In this document: piece after piece, positions 35,698 to 43,417 of the stretch
How the letters are laid out: each line of letters starts with the position of its first letter
Numbering within the stretch: position 1 is the stretch's first letter
DNA from: an uncultured Muribaculaceae bacterium
Lineage (GTDB): Bacteria > Bacillota_I > Bacilli_A > RF39 > UBA660
DNA: 50,051 nucleotides
NCBI GenBank assembly: GCA_964575655.1
Contig: CAZNQV010000002.1
Span: 1-50,051, forward strand
Direction of reading: 5' to 3'
Notes under the pieces: generated by a model
The model's database searches: none
What the model saw: the letters and a program-made list of their open reading frames with translations, nothing else
Told to the model about the DNA's origin: nothing
Position numbers and translations under genes: made by a program

Positions 35698-37650
35698 GTG
35701 AAAAATAATAAAGATATTAAAAAGAAAGTTGCACCTTATATATTTTTAGGATTATTTTTGTTAGGTATTTATTTGGTAATGAATTTAGCTAACAAAGATG
35801 TTAAGAATTTTACATATGATGAGTTTATTGGTCATTTAGATTTAAATGAGGTAACTGATATAGCGATTACTCCAAAAGATGGAGCTAAAGTTTATGAAAT
35901 AACTGGTAAATTGAAAGATTATAAAGAGAATCAGTCGTTTTTTGTAAGAGTACCAATGTCTGAAGGAGTATTAACTGAAATATTATCTTACAAAAATGGG
36001 ACAGATATTAATATTGAAACTAATCGTGATCCTTCTTCATCTTCTATTTTATATATTTTAGTTAACATAGTTCCATTTTTATTATTAGCAGGATTAGCAA
36101 TTATATTTTTAAATAAACAAATGGGTGGAGCAGGAAAGTCATTTGATTTTGGTAAAAGCAAAGCTCGTTTAAGCACCGATAATAATAAAACAACATTTAA
36201 AGATGTTGCGGGATTACAAGAGGAAAAAGAGGAAGTAAAAGAATTAATTGATTTCCTAAAGAATCCTAAAAAGTTTCAAAAACTTGGAGCTAGAATTCCT
36301 AAGGGAGTATTATTAGTAGGTCCTCCAGGAACAGGTAAAACTTTACTAGCTAAGGCAGTTGCTGGTGAGGCTAATGTACCATTTTATTACATTAGTGGAT
36401 CTGATTTTGTAGAATTATTTGTGGGTGTTGGAGCGTCTCGTGTTAGAGATATGTTTGCGCAAGCTAAGCGCACTGCACCATGTTTAATATTTATCGATGA
36501 AATTGATGCTGTAGGTCGTCAAAGAGGAACTGGTTTAGGTGGAGGTCATGACGAAAGAGAGCAAACATTAAATCAATTATTAACAGAAATGGATGGTTTT
36601 GGTTCAAACGAAGGAATTATTATTATTGCTGCTACCAATAGACCGGATGTTTTAGATCCAGCATTATTAAGACCTGGAAGATTTGATCGCCAAGTTACAG
36701 TAAGTTTACCTGATGTTAAGGGTAGAGAAGCTATATTAGGAGTTCATGCAGTTAACAAAATATTATCTCCTAATATAAATTTACATAATCTTGCAAAACG
36801 AACTGTAGGATTTAGTGGTGCTGATTTAGAAAACTTACTTAATGAAGCTGCATTATTAGCCGCAAGACGTAATAAACAAATGATTACAATGAGTGAATTG
36901 GATGAAGCACATGATCGTGTCTTAATGGGCCCTGCTAAAGTATCAAAACAAATAAGTTTGAAAGATAAAAAAATTACAGCTTATCACGAAGCTGGACATG
37001 TAATAGTTGGATTAAAATTAGAGAATTCAAATGTAGTTCAAAAAGTTACAATTATTCCTCGTGGTATGGCTGGTGGTTATACTAATATTCAAAGTGAAGA
37101 AGAAAAAGAACATGTAACAAGAACTGAACTAACAGAAACTATTTCTACTTTATTAGCAGGTCGAGTTACTGAAAAATTAGTATTTGATGAAATTACAACA
37201 GGAGCTACTAACGATATAGAACGAGCTACTAAAATTGCTCGAGCTATGGTCACAGAATATGGTATGAGTGATTTAGGACCGGTTCAATTAGAACAAAGTG
37301 AATCTAGTATTTTCTTAGGAAGAGATTATAACAAGGCTCGTAACTTCTCTGATAATGTGGCATTTGAAATAGATGTGGAAATTAGAAAAATTATCGATAA
37401 TTGTTATAGTAAAGCTGAAGATATCATTGTTAAAAATAGAGAATTGGTTGATTTGATAGCCAATAATCTTGTTAAGTATGAGACTCTAACTAAAGAACAG
37501 ATTGATTACTTATTAGAAAATGGTGAAATGCCAAAAGATGATACTTTAGATGATATGTCTCTTACTAAATTAAAAGAGTTAGCGAAACAACAAGGGATAA
37601 AAGGGTATAGTTCAATGACTAAAGAGGAACTGATTGATAAAATAAAATAG
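35698..37650 (+). CDS. ftsH: ATP-dependent zinc metalloprotease FtsH with a C-terminal Rho_N/SAP-like extension
   Basis: GTG start after AAAGGAGAG. Walker A '[13 protein letters not shown]'. 'FIDEIDA'. Zn motif '[10 protein letters not shown]'. Tail '[28 protein letters not shown]'. Confidence 0.95.
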   Translation: MKNNKDIKKKVAPYIFLGLFLLGIYLVMNLANKDVKNFTYDEFIGHLDLNEVTDIAITPKDGAKVYEITGKLKDYKENQSFFVRVPMSEGVLTEILSYKNGTDINIETNRDPSSSSILYILVNIVPFLLLAGLAIIFLNKQMGGAGKSFDFGKSKARLSTDNNKTTFKDVAGLQEEKEEVKELIDFLKNPKKFQKLGARIPKGVLLVGPPGTGKTLLAKAVAGEANVPFYYISGSDFVELFVGVGASRVRDMFAQAKRTAPCLIFIDEIDAVGRQRGTGLGGGHDEREQTLNQLLTEMDGFGSNEGIIIIAATNRPDVLDPALLRPGRFDRQVTVSLPDVKGREAILGVHAVNKILSPNINLHNLAKRTVGFSGADLENLLNEAALLAARRNKQMITMSELDEAHDRVLMGPAKVSKQISLKDKKITAYHEAGHVIVGLKLENSNVVQKVTIIPRGMAGGYTNIQSEEEKEHVTRTELTETISTLLAGRVTEKLVFDEITTGATNDIERATKIARAMVTEYGMSDLGPVQLEQSESSIFLGRDYNKARNFSDNVAFEIDVEIRKIIDNCYSKAEDIIVKNRELVDLIANNLVKYETLTKEQIDYLLENGEMPKDDTLDDMSLTKLKELAKQQGIKGYSSMTKEELIDKIK

Positions 37651-37668
37651 AGTTATACTCTATTTTTT
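37646..37668 (+). terminator. Rho-independent terminator after ftsH
   Basis: AATAGAGT / ACTCTATT stem (8 bp), 3-nt loop, then a T-run. Confidence 0.65.
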
Positions 37669-37722
37669 ATTTATTGAAAAAATGTGTTATATGTGATATA
37701 TCTATAATAAGGAGTTGGCTAT

Positions 37723-40005
37723 ATGAAAGATAATCAAGAAAAAAATAGAATTGATGAATTACAAAACCAATTAGAAGAATTAGAAGATAAAGTGGCATAT
37801 GTAAAAGATGATGTTGCTGATTTAACTGCGGAAGAAGCAAGAGAGGACAAGGAAGAAGCTGCTAAAGCTGAGCTTGAGAAAAAGAAAAATGAGAAAAAAA
37901 GAAAGATAAAGCAGATTGTTTTAATTTCTTTAGGAATATTGGCTTTGATTATTATTGGGTTCTTGTTATATTATTTTGTATTGAAAGATAAAGGATGTTT
38001 TAAGTACAATGCCGAGGGTGTGATTAGTTCATATACTTGTAATGCCAAAGAAGTAATTATTCCATCTAAAATAGAAAACATTAAAATTACGAAGATAGAT
38101 AAAAATGTTTTTAAAGATAAAGGAATTACTAAGTTAATTTTAAATGATGATATTGTAGAAATTGGGGACTATGCTTTTGCCAATAATTTTCTGAAAGAAA
38201 TAGTCTTTCCTAAATCTATTACGAAAATAGGTGAAGGTGCTTTTGCTAATAATCAAATTGAAGAAGTGGTTATTCCAGAAGCTTTAACTGAGATAGCAAA
38301 TGAAACTTTTTCAAATAATAAAATTAGTAAAGTTATTTTTAATGAAAGTATACTAAATATCGGAAATAAAGCTTTTTTGGATAACAAATTAAATACTATT
38401 GAATTGCCTGTTTCACTTGTTTCAATTGGTAGTGAAGCATTTAAAAACAATGATTTGACAGTAGTTAATATACCAAAATATATAACTAAGATAGGTAGTA
38501 AAGCATTTTTGAAAGATAAACAATCTAATTCAAAATTGGCAGAAGTTTATAATTTAACAAGCAATACTTTTAATTGGGGTTTTATTATAAATGGTAAAAG
38601 TGGCTATGAGCAAGCAAGGGGAACTGTTGAAAATGCAGAAGGTGATGTTTCGGTAGTAGCATATACTAAAGCTGAATGTTTTGATTTTTCAAAAGGGATA
38701 ATTAATGGTTATAGTTGTAATGATAAAGTTGTTGTTATTCCACCAACTATTTCGAATGTGGCAGTTACTGCAATTAGTAAAAAAGCATTTGAAGGTGAGA
38801 GAATAACCTCAATTATTATTCCGGAAGGAGTTAAACAAATTGGGGATGAAGCATTTAATTATTGTACAAAACTAACATCAGTGTCATTGCCAGAAACATT
38901 AACTAAAATAGGTAAATATGCTTTTGAAAGCAGCGCACTTACGACTGTAGTGTTGCCTTCAAGTTTAGTAGAAATAAATGATGGTGCTTTTTCTGATAAT
39001 GCATTGACTACTATTACAATTCCAAATAAAGTTACAACAATTGGAGAGTATGCTTTTGCATATAATGACTTAAAACAAGTTGTTATCCCTAATAGTGTTA
39101 CAAAAATAGGTGATTGGGCCTTTTCTGACAATAAAATAGATACTTTAACATTGTCGAATAAATTAACTGTTTTAGGACGAGGAGCTTTTAATTTCAATGA
39201 TTTAACTACAGTTACAATTCCGGGAACAATTAAGACAGTGTATGATTCGTTTTATGAAAATCCACTGAAGACATTGGTGATTTCTAATGGTGTTACAACA
39301 ATAGAAGATGCAGCATTTGAAAGTTTAGAATTAACCTCATTAACATTGCCTAATAGTGTTACAAAAATAGGCGAAGGAGCTTTTGCAAATAATAAATTAA
39401 CGTCATTAGTATTACCTAATAAATTAGTGGTTTTGGAATCGAGAGCGTTTGTCAATAATTCAATAAAGCAAGTAACAATTCCTTCTAGCTTAAAGGTAAT
39501 TAGTTCTTCGGCATTTAATAATAACCGAATTACGACATTAGTAATTCCTAATGGAGTAACTAAAATTGATAAAGCAGCTTTCATTGGTAACCGAATTACG
39601 ACATTAACGATAGCAGGAAGTGTAAAAACAATAGAAGAAGATGCTTTCTTAGAAAATATGAGTTTATCATCGATAACCTTTAATGAGGGATTAGAAACGA
39701 TTGGCGCTAATGCATTTAATGGTAATGTAGTTAGGACATTAGTTTTACCACAAAGTTTAAAATCGATTGGTAATAGGGCATTTGAAGGGGCACTTATTAC
39801 AACCATTACGATTCCTGCTAATGTTACTAATATTGGTAGTGGTGCTTTAGGTTCTAATGGTACAATTACTTCAATTGTGAATAAAACGGGTGGTTCATTT
39901 GATTGGTATAAAATACTAACTGGTCAATCTAATGATTTATATCCTGCAGCGGTTACTGGTACTGTATTAATTAATGGAACTCAAACAGTTACAATAACAA
40001 ACTAG
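37723..40005 (+). CDS. Membrane-anchored BspA-type leucine-rich-repeat (LRR_5-like) surface protein
   Basis: 760 aa. Acidic coiled-coil N-terminus, a basic stretch, then TM 'IVLISLGILALIIIGFLLYYFVL'. More than 20 tandem units of about 22-25 aa follow, of the type 'I.IP.SVTKIG..AF..N.LT.V'. Confidence 0.8.
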   Translation: MKDNQEKNRIDELQNQLEELEDKVAYVKDDVADLTAEEAREDKEEAAKAELEKKKNEKKRKIKQIVLISLGILALIIIGFLLYYFVLKDKGCFKYNAEGVISSYTCNAKEVIIPSKIENIKITKIDKNVFKDKGITKLILNDDIVEIGDYAFANNFLKEIVFPKSITKIGEGAFANNQIEEVVIPEALTEIANETFSNNKISKVIFNESILNIGNKAFLDNKLNTIELPVSLVSIGSEAFKNNDLTVVNIPKYITKIGSKAFLKDKQSNSKLAEVYNLTSNTFNWGFIINGKSGYEQARGTVENAEGDVSVVAYTKAECFDFSKGIINGYSCNDKVVVIPPTISNVAVTAISKKAFEGERITSIIIPEGVKQIGDEAFNYCTKLTSVSLPETLTKIGKYAFESSALTTVVLPSSLVEINDGAFSDNALTTITIPNKVTTIGEYAFAYNDLKQVVIPNSVTKIGDWAFSDNKIDTLTLSNKLTVLGRGAFNFNDLTTVTIPGTIKTVYDSFYENPLKTLVISNGVTTIEDAAFESLELTSLTLPNSVTKIGEGAFANNKLTSLVLPNKLVVLESRAFVNNSIKQVTIPSSLKVISSSAFNNNRITTLVIPNGVTKIDKAAFIGNRITTLTIAGSVKTIEEDAFLENMSLSSITFNEGLETIGANAFNGNVVRTLVLPQSLKSIGNRAFEGALITTITIPANVTNIGSGALGSNGTITSIVNKTGGSFDWYKILTGQSNDLYPAAVTGTVLINGTQTVTITN

Positions 40006-40031
40006 GAATCAATGATTCCTTTTTTTTTTTT
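40004..40031 (+). terminator. Rho-independent terminator after the LRR gene
   Basis: AGGAATC / GATTCCT stem (7 bp), 3-nt loop, then T12. Confidence 0.8.
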
Positions 40032-40058
40032 GACTTTTTTATAATTTTATGATAAAAT
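40030..40058 (+). promoter_or_regulatory. Sigma-A-type promoter candidate
   Basis: TTGACT (40030-35), a 17-nt spacer, then TGaTAAAAT (40050-58). Confidence 0.6.
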
Positions 40059-40088
40059 CATGTTATATTTTATGAGGGGAGTTTGGGC

Positions 40089-40493
40089 ATGAAAGAAAAA
40101 GTATGCATTGTTGTTGATTCACCGCAAAATAATTTAGGCGATAATAATAGTGATTTAGCAAGCTTATTATTTAAGATTTTTAAAGTATGGGGTTTGTTAG
40201 ATTTAGATGAGTCAAATGAATATGAGTTAACAGGAATACTTTTAGCGACTGATTTAACGGCGTGGACAAGCGATGAAATAAGAGCAACAAAAAATTGCAT
40301 TTTGATTCGTCATCCACAGAATAATGGACTTATTTCACCAGAATCAAATTCGTTCATTAAAACAGCGCAAAGAATGGGAAAAAGATTTTATGTGATTGGA
40401 AATGTTAATCCTGAAATCGATTTATTTCCTAAAAATGAAGCTGACGAAGTAGAATCTAATAATACTGGCTTAAGACGAGTATTTATCAAATAA
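40089..40493 (+). CDS. Hypothetical cytoplasmic protein (134 aa)
   Basis: The ATG at 40089 is preceded by GAGGGGAG. It has its own promoter and terminator. I recognise no family. Confidence 0.55.
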   Translation: MKEKVCIVVDSPQNNLGDNNSDLASLLFKIFKVWGLLDLDESNEYELTGILLATDLTAWTSDEIRATKNCILIRHPQNNGLISPESNSFIKTAQRMGKRFYVIGNVNPEIDLFPKNEADEVESNNTGLRRVFIK

Positions 40494-40513
40494 AGAGAAT
40501 TATCTCTTTTTTT
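40492..40513 (+). terminator. Rho-independent terminator
   Basis: AAAGAGA / TCTCTTT stem (7 bp), 4-nt loop, then a T-run. Confidence 0.75.
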
Positions 40514-40532
40514 GTGATAAAATGAAGGTGTG

Positions 40533-41507
40533 ATGATTATGAAAATTGGAAATGTAGTAATAAATGGCAAAATAGTTTTAGCACCTATGGCAGGTATATC
40601 TGATAGTGCGTTTAGAAGGATTGCAAAAGAGATGAAATGTGCACTAGTATATGCTGAGATGGTTAGTGATAAAGCGATTGTTTATGGTAATAAAAAAACT
40701 TGTGATATGTTGTATATGTTAGATTGTGAACGGCCAATTGCCCAACAAATATTTGGTAGTGATAAAGATTCTTTTGTAAAAGCGGCTAAATATATTGAAG
40801 AAGTTATGCATCCTGACATTATAGATATTAATATGGGATGTCCTGTACCTAAAGTTGCTTTGCGTTCTCAGGCAGGATCTGCTTTGTTAAAAGACTTGGA
40901 TAAAATAAAAGAAATAGTAAAAGCGGTTGTTAATAGTGTTAGTTGTCCGGTAACCGTTAAAATAAGAAGTGGTTGGGATGAACAACACATCAATGCTGTA
41001 GAGGTGGCAATGGTTTGTGAGGAAGCAGGGGCTAGTGCGATAACAATACATCCTCGAACAAGAGCTCAAGGTTATAGTGGCAAAGCTGATTGGAGTGTAA
41101 TTAAACAGATAAAAGATAATGTAAATATTCCAGTCATTGGTAATGGAGATATTAAAACAATATATGATGCTAAAAAAATGATTGACGAGACGGGGTGCGA
41201 TTTAGTCATGATTGGTAGAGGATTATTAGGTAATCCGTGGTTAATTAAACAATGTGATAGTTATTTAGAAAAAGGTATTATCATGGATGATCCCACTGCT
41301 AGTGATAGGATAGATATGGCTCTTAGACATATGGACTATTTATTAGAATTTAAGAGTGAGAAACAAGTTGTGTTAGAAATTAGAACTCATATTACATGGT
41401 ATTTAAAAGGTATTCCAGGCTCTAATGATATTAAAAATCAAATATTTAAAACAAAAGATATTAGTGTAATAAGAGATATACTTAAAAAATATAAAACTAT
41501 GATATAA
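40533..41507 (+). CDS. dusB: tRNA-dihydrouridine synthase DusB
   Basis: 'LAPMAGISDSAFRRIAKE', 'IDINMGCPVPKV', 'VTVKIRSGWD', 'ITIHPRTRAQGYSGKADW'. The start is ambiguous (40530, 40533 or 40539). Confidence 0.92.
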   Translation: MIMKIGNVVINGKIVLAPMAGISDSAFRRIAKEMKCALVYAEMVSDKAIVYGNKKTCDMLYMLDCERPIAQQIFGSDKDSFVKAAKYIEEVMHPDIIDINMGCPVPKVALRSQAGSALLKDLDKIKEIVKAVVNSVSCPVTVKIRSGWDEQHINAVEVAMVCEEAGASAITIHPRTRAQGYSGKADWSVIKQIKDNVNIPVIGNGDIKTIYDAKKMIDETGCDLVMIGRGLLGNPWLIKQCDSYLEKGIIMDDPTASDRIDMALRHMDYLLEFKSEKQVVLEIRTHITWYLKGIPGSNDIKNQIFKTKDISVIRDILKKYKTMI

Positions 41508-41526
41508 TTATAATAGGTGATTTAAT

Positions 41527-41682
41527 ATGGAATTTAAAAAAGTAAAAATAGGTGATCAAGAAGTGGACTTTGCAACAAATATTCTTGAAGAAGAATTAGA
41601 AACTAATGAAAGTATAGATGAATTGGAAGATACTATGGATTTTTCTAATCATGTGATTGTTGAGGAGAAGAATAATGACTAG
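41527..41682 (+). CDS. Small acidic protein (51 aa), not in the supplied ORF track
   Basis: My own translation: 'MEFKKVKIGDQEVDFATNILEEELETNESIDELEDTMDFSNHVIVEEKNND*'. AGGTGA RBS about 7 nt upstream. Its stop overlaps the ATG of the next ORF (AATAATGACTAG). Confidence 0.5.
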   Translation: MEFKKVKIGDQEVDFATNILEEELETNESIDELEDTMDFSNHVIVEEKNND

Positions 41683-43135
41683 ATATGAAAGAGAAGATGC
41701 CTTTATAAAGAAAATGGCATTAATTGCCCAATATAATCCAGATTTAATTATGAATGCTTTTGATGTCTATGCCAATCTTACTAGAATTGATATAAATGAT
41801 AAAGAAGTTAAAGCTAATGAGAAGTTTTTTAATTCCTGGATTGAATATTTCAACAATGTTCCGGATATTGATGTTTTTGTAAATCAGAGCTTTTCATATT
41901 TTTGTCAGTTTGTTAATAATCCGGAGAGAACATATAATTGTAATATAAAAATGTATATACCATTAGATAAAGAACATATTGAAAGGGGAGCAATTTCAAT
42001 ATTTAGTTTTATGGCACAACAAGGAATAACTCATCAATCAAAGATAGGTAAAGATATTAGAAACGATGACATTGTAATAAGAGTAGAGAGACTAGAGGAT
42101 GCTTTTAAAATACAATCGTATGTTGACTCTAATAAATATATTCAAGAAGGTAAAATACCACTAAGTCCTTTTTCAATTAGCAATGGTGCTGTTGCATATG
42201 CAATGGATGATAGTATTTCTTATAATATTGAAGTAGCTACTAATATTTGGGGTTATTTAAATGCTTTAAAAAAAGATAATCGATTAAATGATGCATCAAT
42301 TGAAGGATTTAGAAATTATGTATCTGATGTAATTTCAGCTGTTTCTATAACAGGTGATGGATTAAGAGAGTATATGAAATCTAGAGATATATTTGGTGAT
42401 TTTGATGATGTTACAGATAAATTGGTTAATCATGTGGAAGTTATGAAACTAATATATAAGGCGTCTAGCGCTGAAGCGTCGTTACATGAACTTATGAATC
42501 ATCGGGTAGAAGTATTGTCTACTGAAAAAAGGGAACAAGATAGGAAACAAATTCAGCAAGTTTTGTTAAAAGTATCTGGAACAAAGGTAGATAAGTCGGG
42601 TGATAAGAGTGAAATATTGGGGCAAGCTACTATTGAAACATATAAAAAGTATGGTGAAAATTGGATAAAAACTGCCCTTGGAGAATATATTAAAAAGGGT
42701 GAAACAAGAGGATTTACTAGAGAGAAAGACTCACGCATGAAAGTTTCAGTTTACTTAACTCCAACTGATGCTGAAGTAATGGCAATAAATCCTGAAACAA
42801 ATCTATTGGATATTGATGGATATGTAGATTCTGTTGTTAAAAAATACAAAGAAGAACTTGCAGCAAAAAATCAAATATTAGCATCAGCTGTTCATGAAAT
42901 ACATAATATGTATGGATTTGATTCTGCAGTTAAATCAGTAATTAGTTATATCGAAAATAAAGGTGTTCAAGGCTTTGCGGAAACAGATCAAGCTAAGAAC
43001 TTAGTGATATCAAATTTAACACCAGAAGATGTAAGAGAATTAGTAACTAATCCCAAGACAAAACAGGAAGAAGTTATGACATATGTTAATAATGTGATAT
43101 CCAAACCTGAAGTGGAAGAAAACTATTCAAGATAA
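41675..43135 (+). CDS. Hypothetical protein (486 aa) with a C-terminal tandem repeat
   Basis: The ATG at 41675 follows GAGGAG. No TM segment. The N-terminal stretch 'IKMYIPLDKEHIERGAISIFSFMAQQGITHQSKIGKDIRNDDIVIRV' only vaguely recalls HopA1/LanKC-N-like folds. Two repeats of about 75 aa lie in the C-terminal third. Confidence 0.6.
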   Translation: MTRYEREDAFIKKMALIAQYNPDLIMNAFDVYANLTRIDINDKEVKANEKFFNSWIEYFNNVPDIDVFVNQSFSYFCQFVNNPERTYNCNIKMYIPLDKEHIERGAISIFSFMAQQGITHQSKIGKDIRNDDIVIRVERLEDAFKIQSYVDSNKYIQEGKIPLSPFSISNGAVAYAMDDSISYNIEVATNIWGYLNALKKDNRLNDASIEGFRNYVSDVISAVSITGDGLREYMKSRDIFGDFDDVTDKLVNHVEVMKLIYKASSAEASLHELMNHRVEVLSTEKREQDRKQIQQVLLKVSGTKVDKSGDKSEILGQATIETYKKYGENWIKTALGEYIKKGETRGFTREKDSRMKVSVYLTPTDAEVMAINPETNLLDIDGYVDSVVKKYKEELAAKNQILASAVHEIHNMYGFDSAVKSVISYIENKGVQGFAETDQAKNLVISNLTPEDVRELVTNPKTKQEEVMTYVNNVISKPEVEENYSR

Positions 43136-43141
43136 AAAGTG

Positions 43142-43170
43142 TTGCCAAAATGAATGTTTTGTGCTAAAAT
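43142..43170 (+). promoter_or_regulatory. Sigma-A-type promoter candidate for the lysS leader
   Basis: TTGCCA (43142-47), a 17-nt spacer, then TGcTAAAAT (43162-70). Confidence 0.6.
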
Positions 43171-43176
43171 TCAATA

Positions 43177-43397
43177 CATAAAAAGCAAAGAAGAGACGAG
43201 TAAGGTATTACTTGCTAGTAGAGAGTTATTGATTGGTGAAAAATAACAGTAAAGGATATCTGAATAAAGACTTGGAGCTAAATGTTGTATATAAAATATT
43301 TCGGGCAGTTCCGTTAAAAACGAGAGATATATATGTTTAATATATAATTAAGGTGGTACCACGAATAATTCGTCCTTTGGATGGGTTATTTTTTTTA
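43177..43397 (+). promoter_or_regulatory. T-box leader with a lysine specifier and an intrinsic terminator, controlling lysS
   Basis: AG bulge 'AGUAGAGAG'. Distal stem-loop GUUAUU-GAUUGGUGAAA-AAUAAC. Candidate specifier 'AAUAAAGAC' at 43263-43271 (AAG+A or AAA+G, both Lys). T-box core AAGGUGGUACCACG at 43350-63. Terminator AAUAAUUCGUCC / GGAUGGGUUAUU followed by a U-run (43364-43396). Confidence 0.85.
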
Positions 43398-43417
43398 TAG
43401 TAAAAAGGAGAGATAAA

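Noticed and set aside
38253-39806. Three minus-strand ORFs (65, 112 and 184 aa) inside the LRR gene.
   Set aside because: The repetitive, codon-biased LRR coding sequence keeps the antisense frame open. The products are low-complexity mirror images without starts or RBS. The + frame has clear LRR periodicity.
40020-40031. T12 homopolymer, considered as a slipped-strand phase-variation switch for the neighbouring genes.
   Set aside because: It is the U-tract of the LRR-gene terminator and lies upstream of, or overlapping, the -35 hexamer. It does not lie in the -35/-10 spacer or in coding sequence. Length changes would therefore not switch expression in the classical way.
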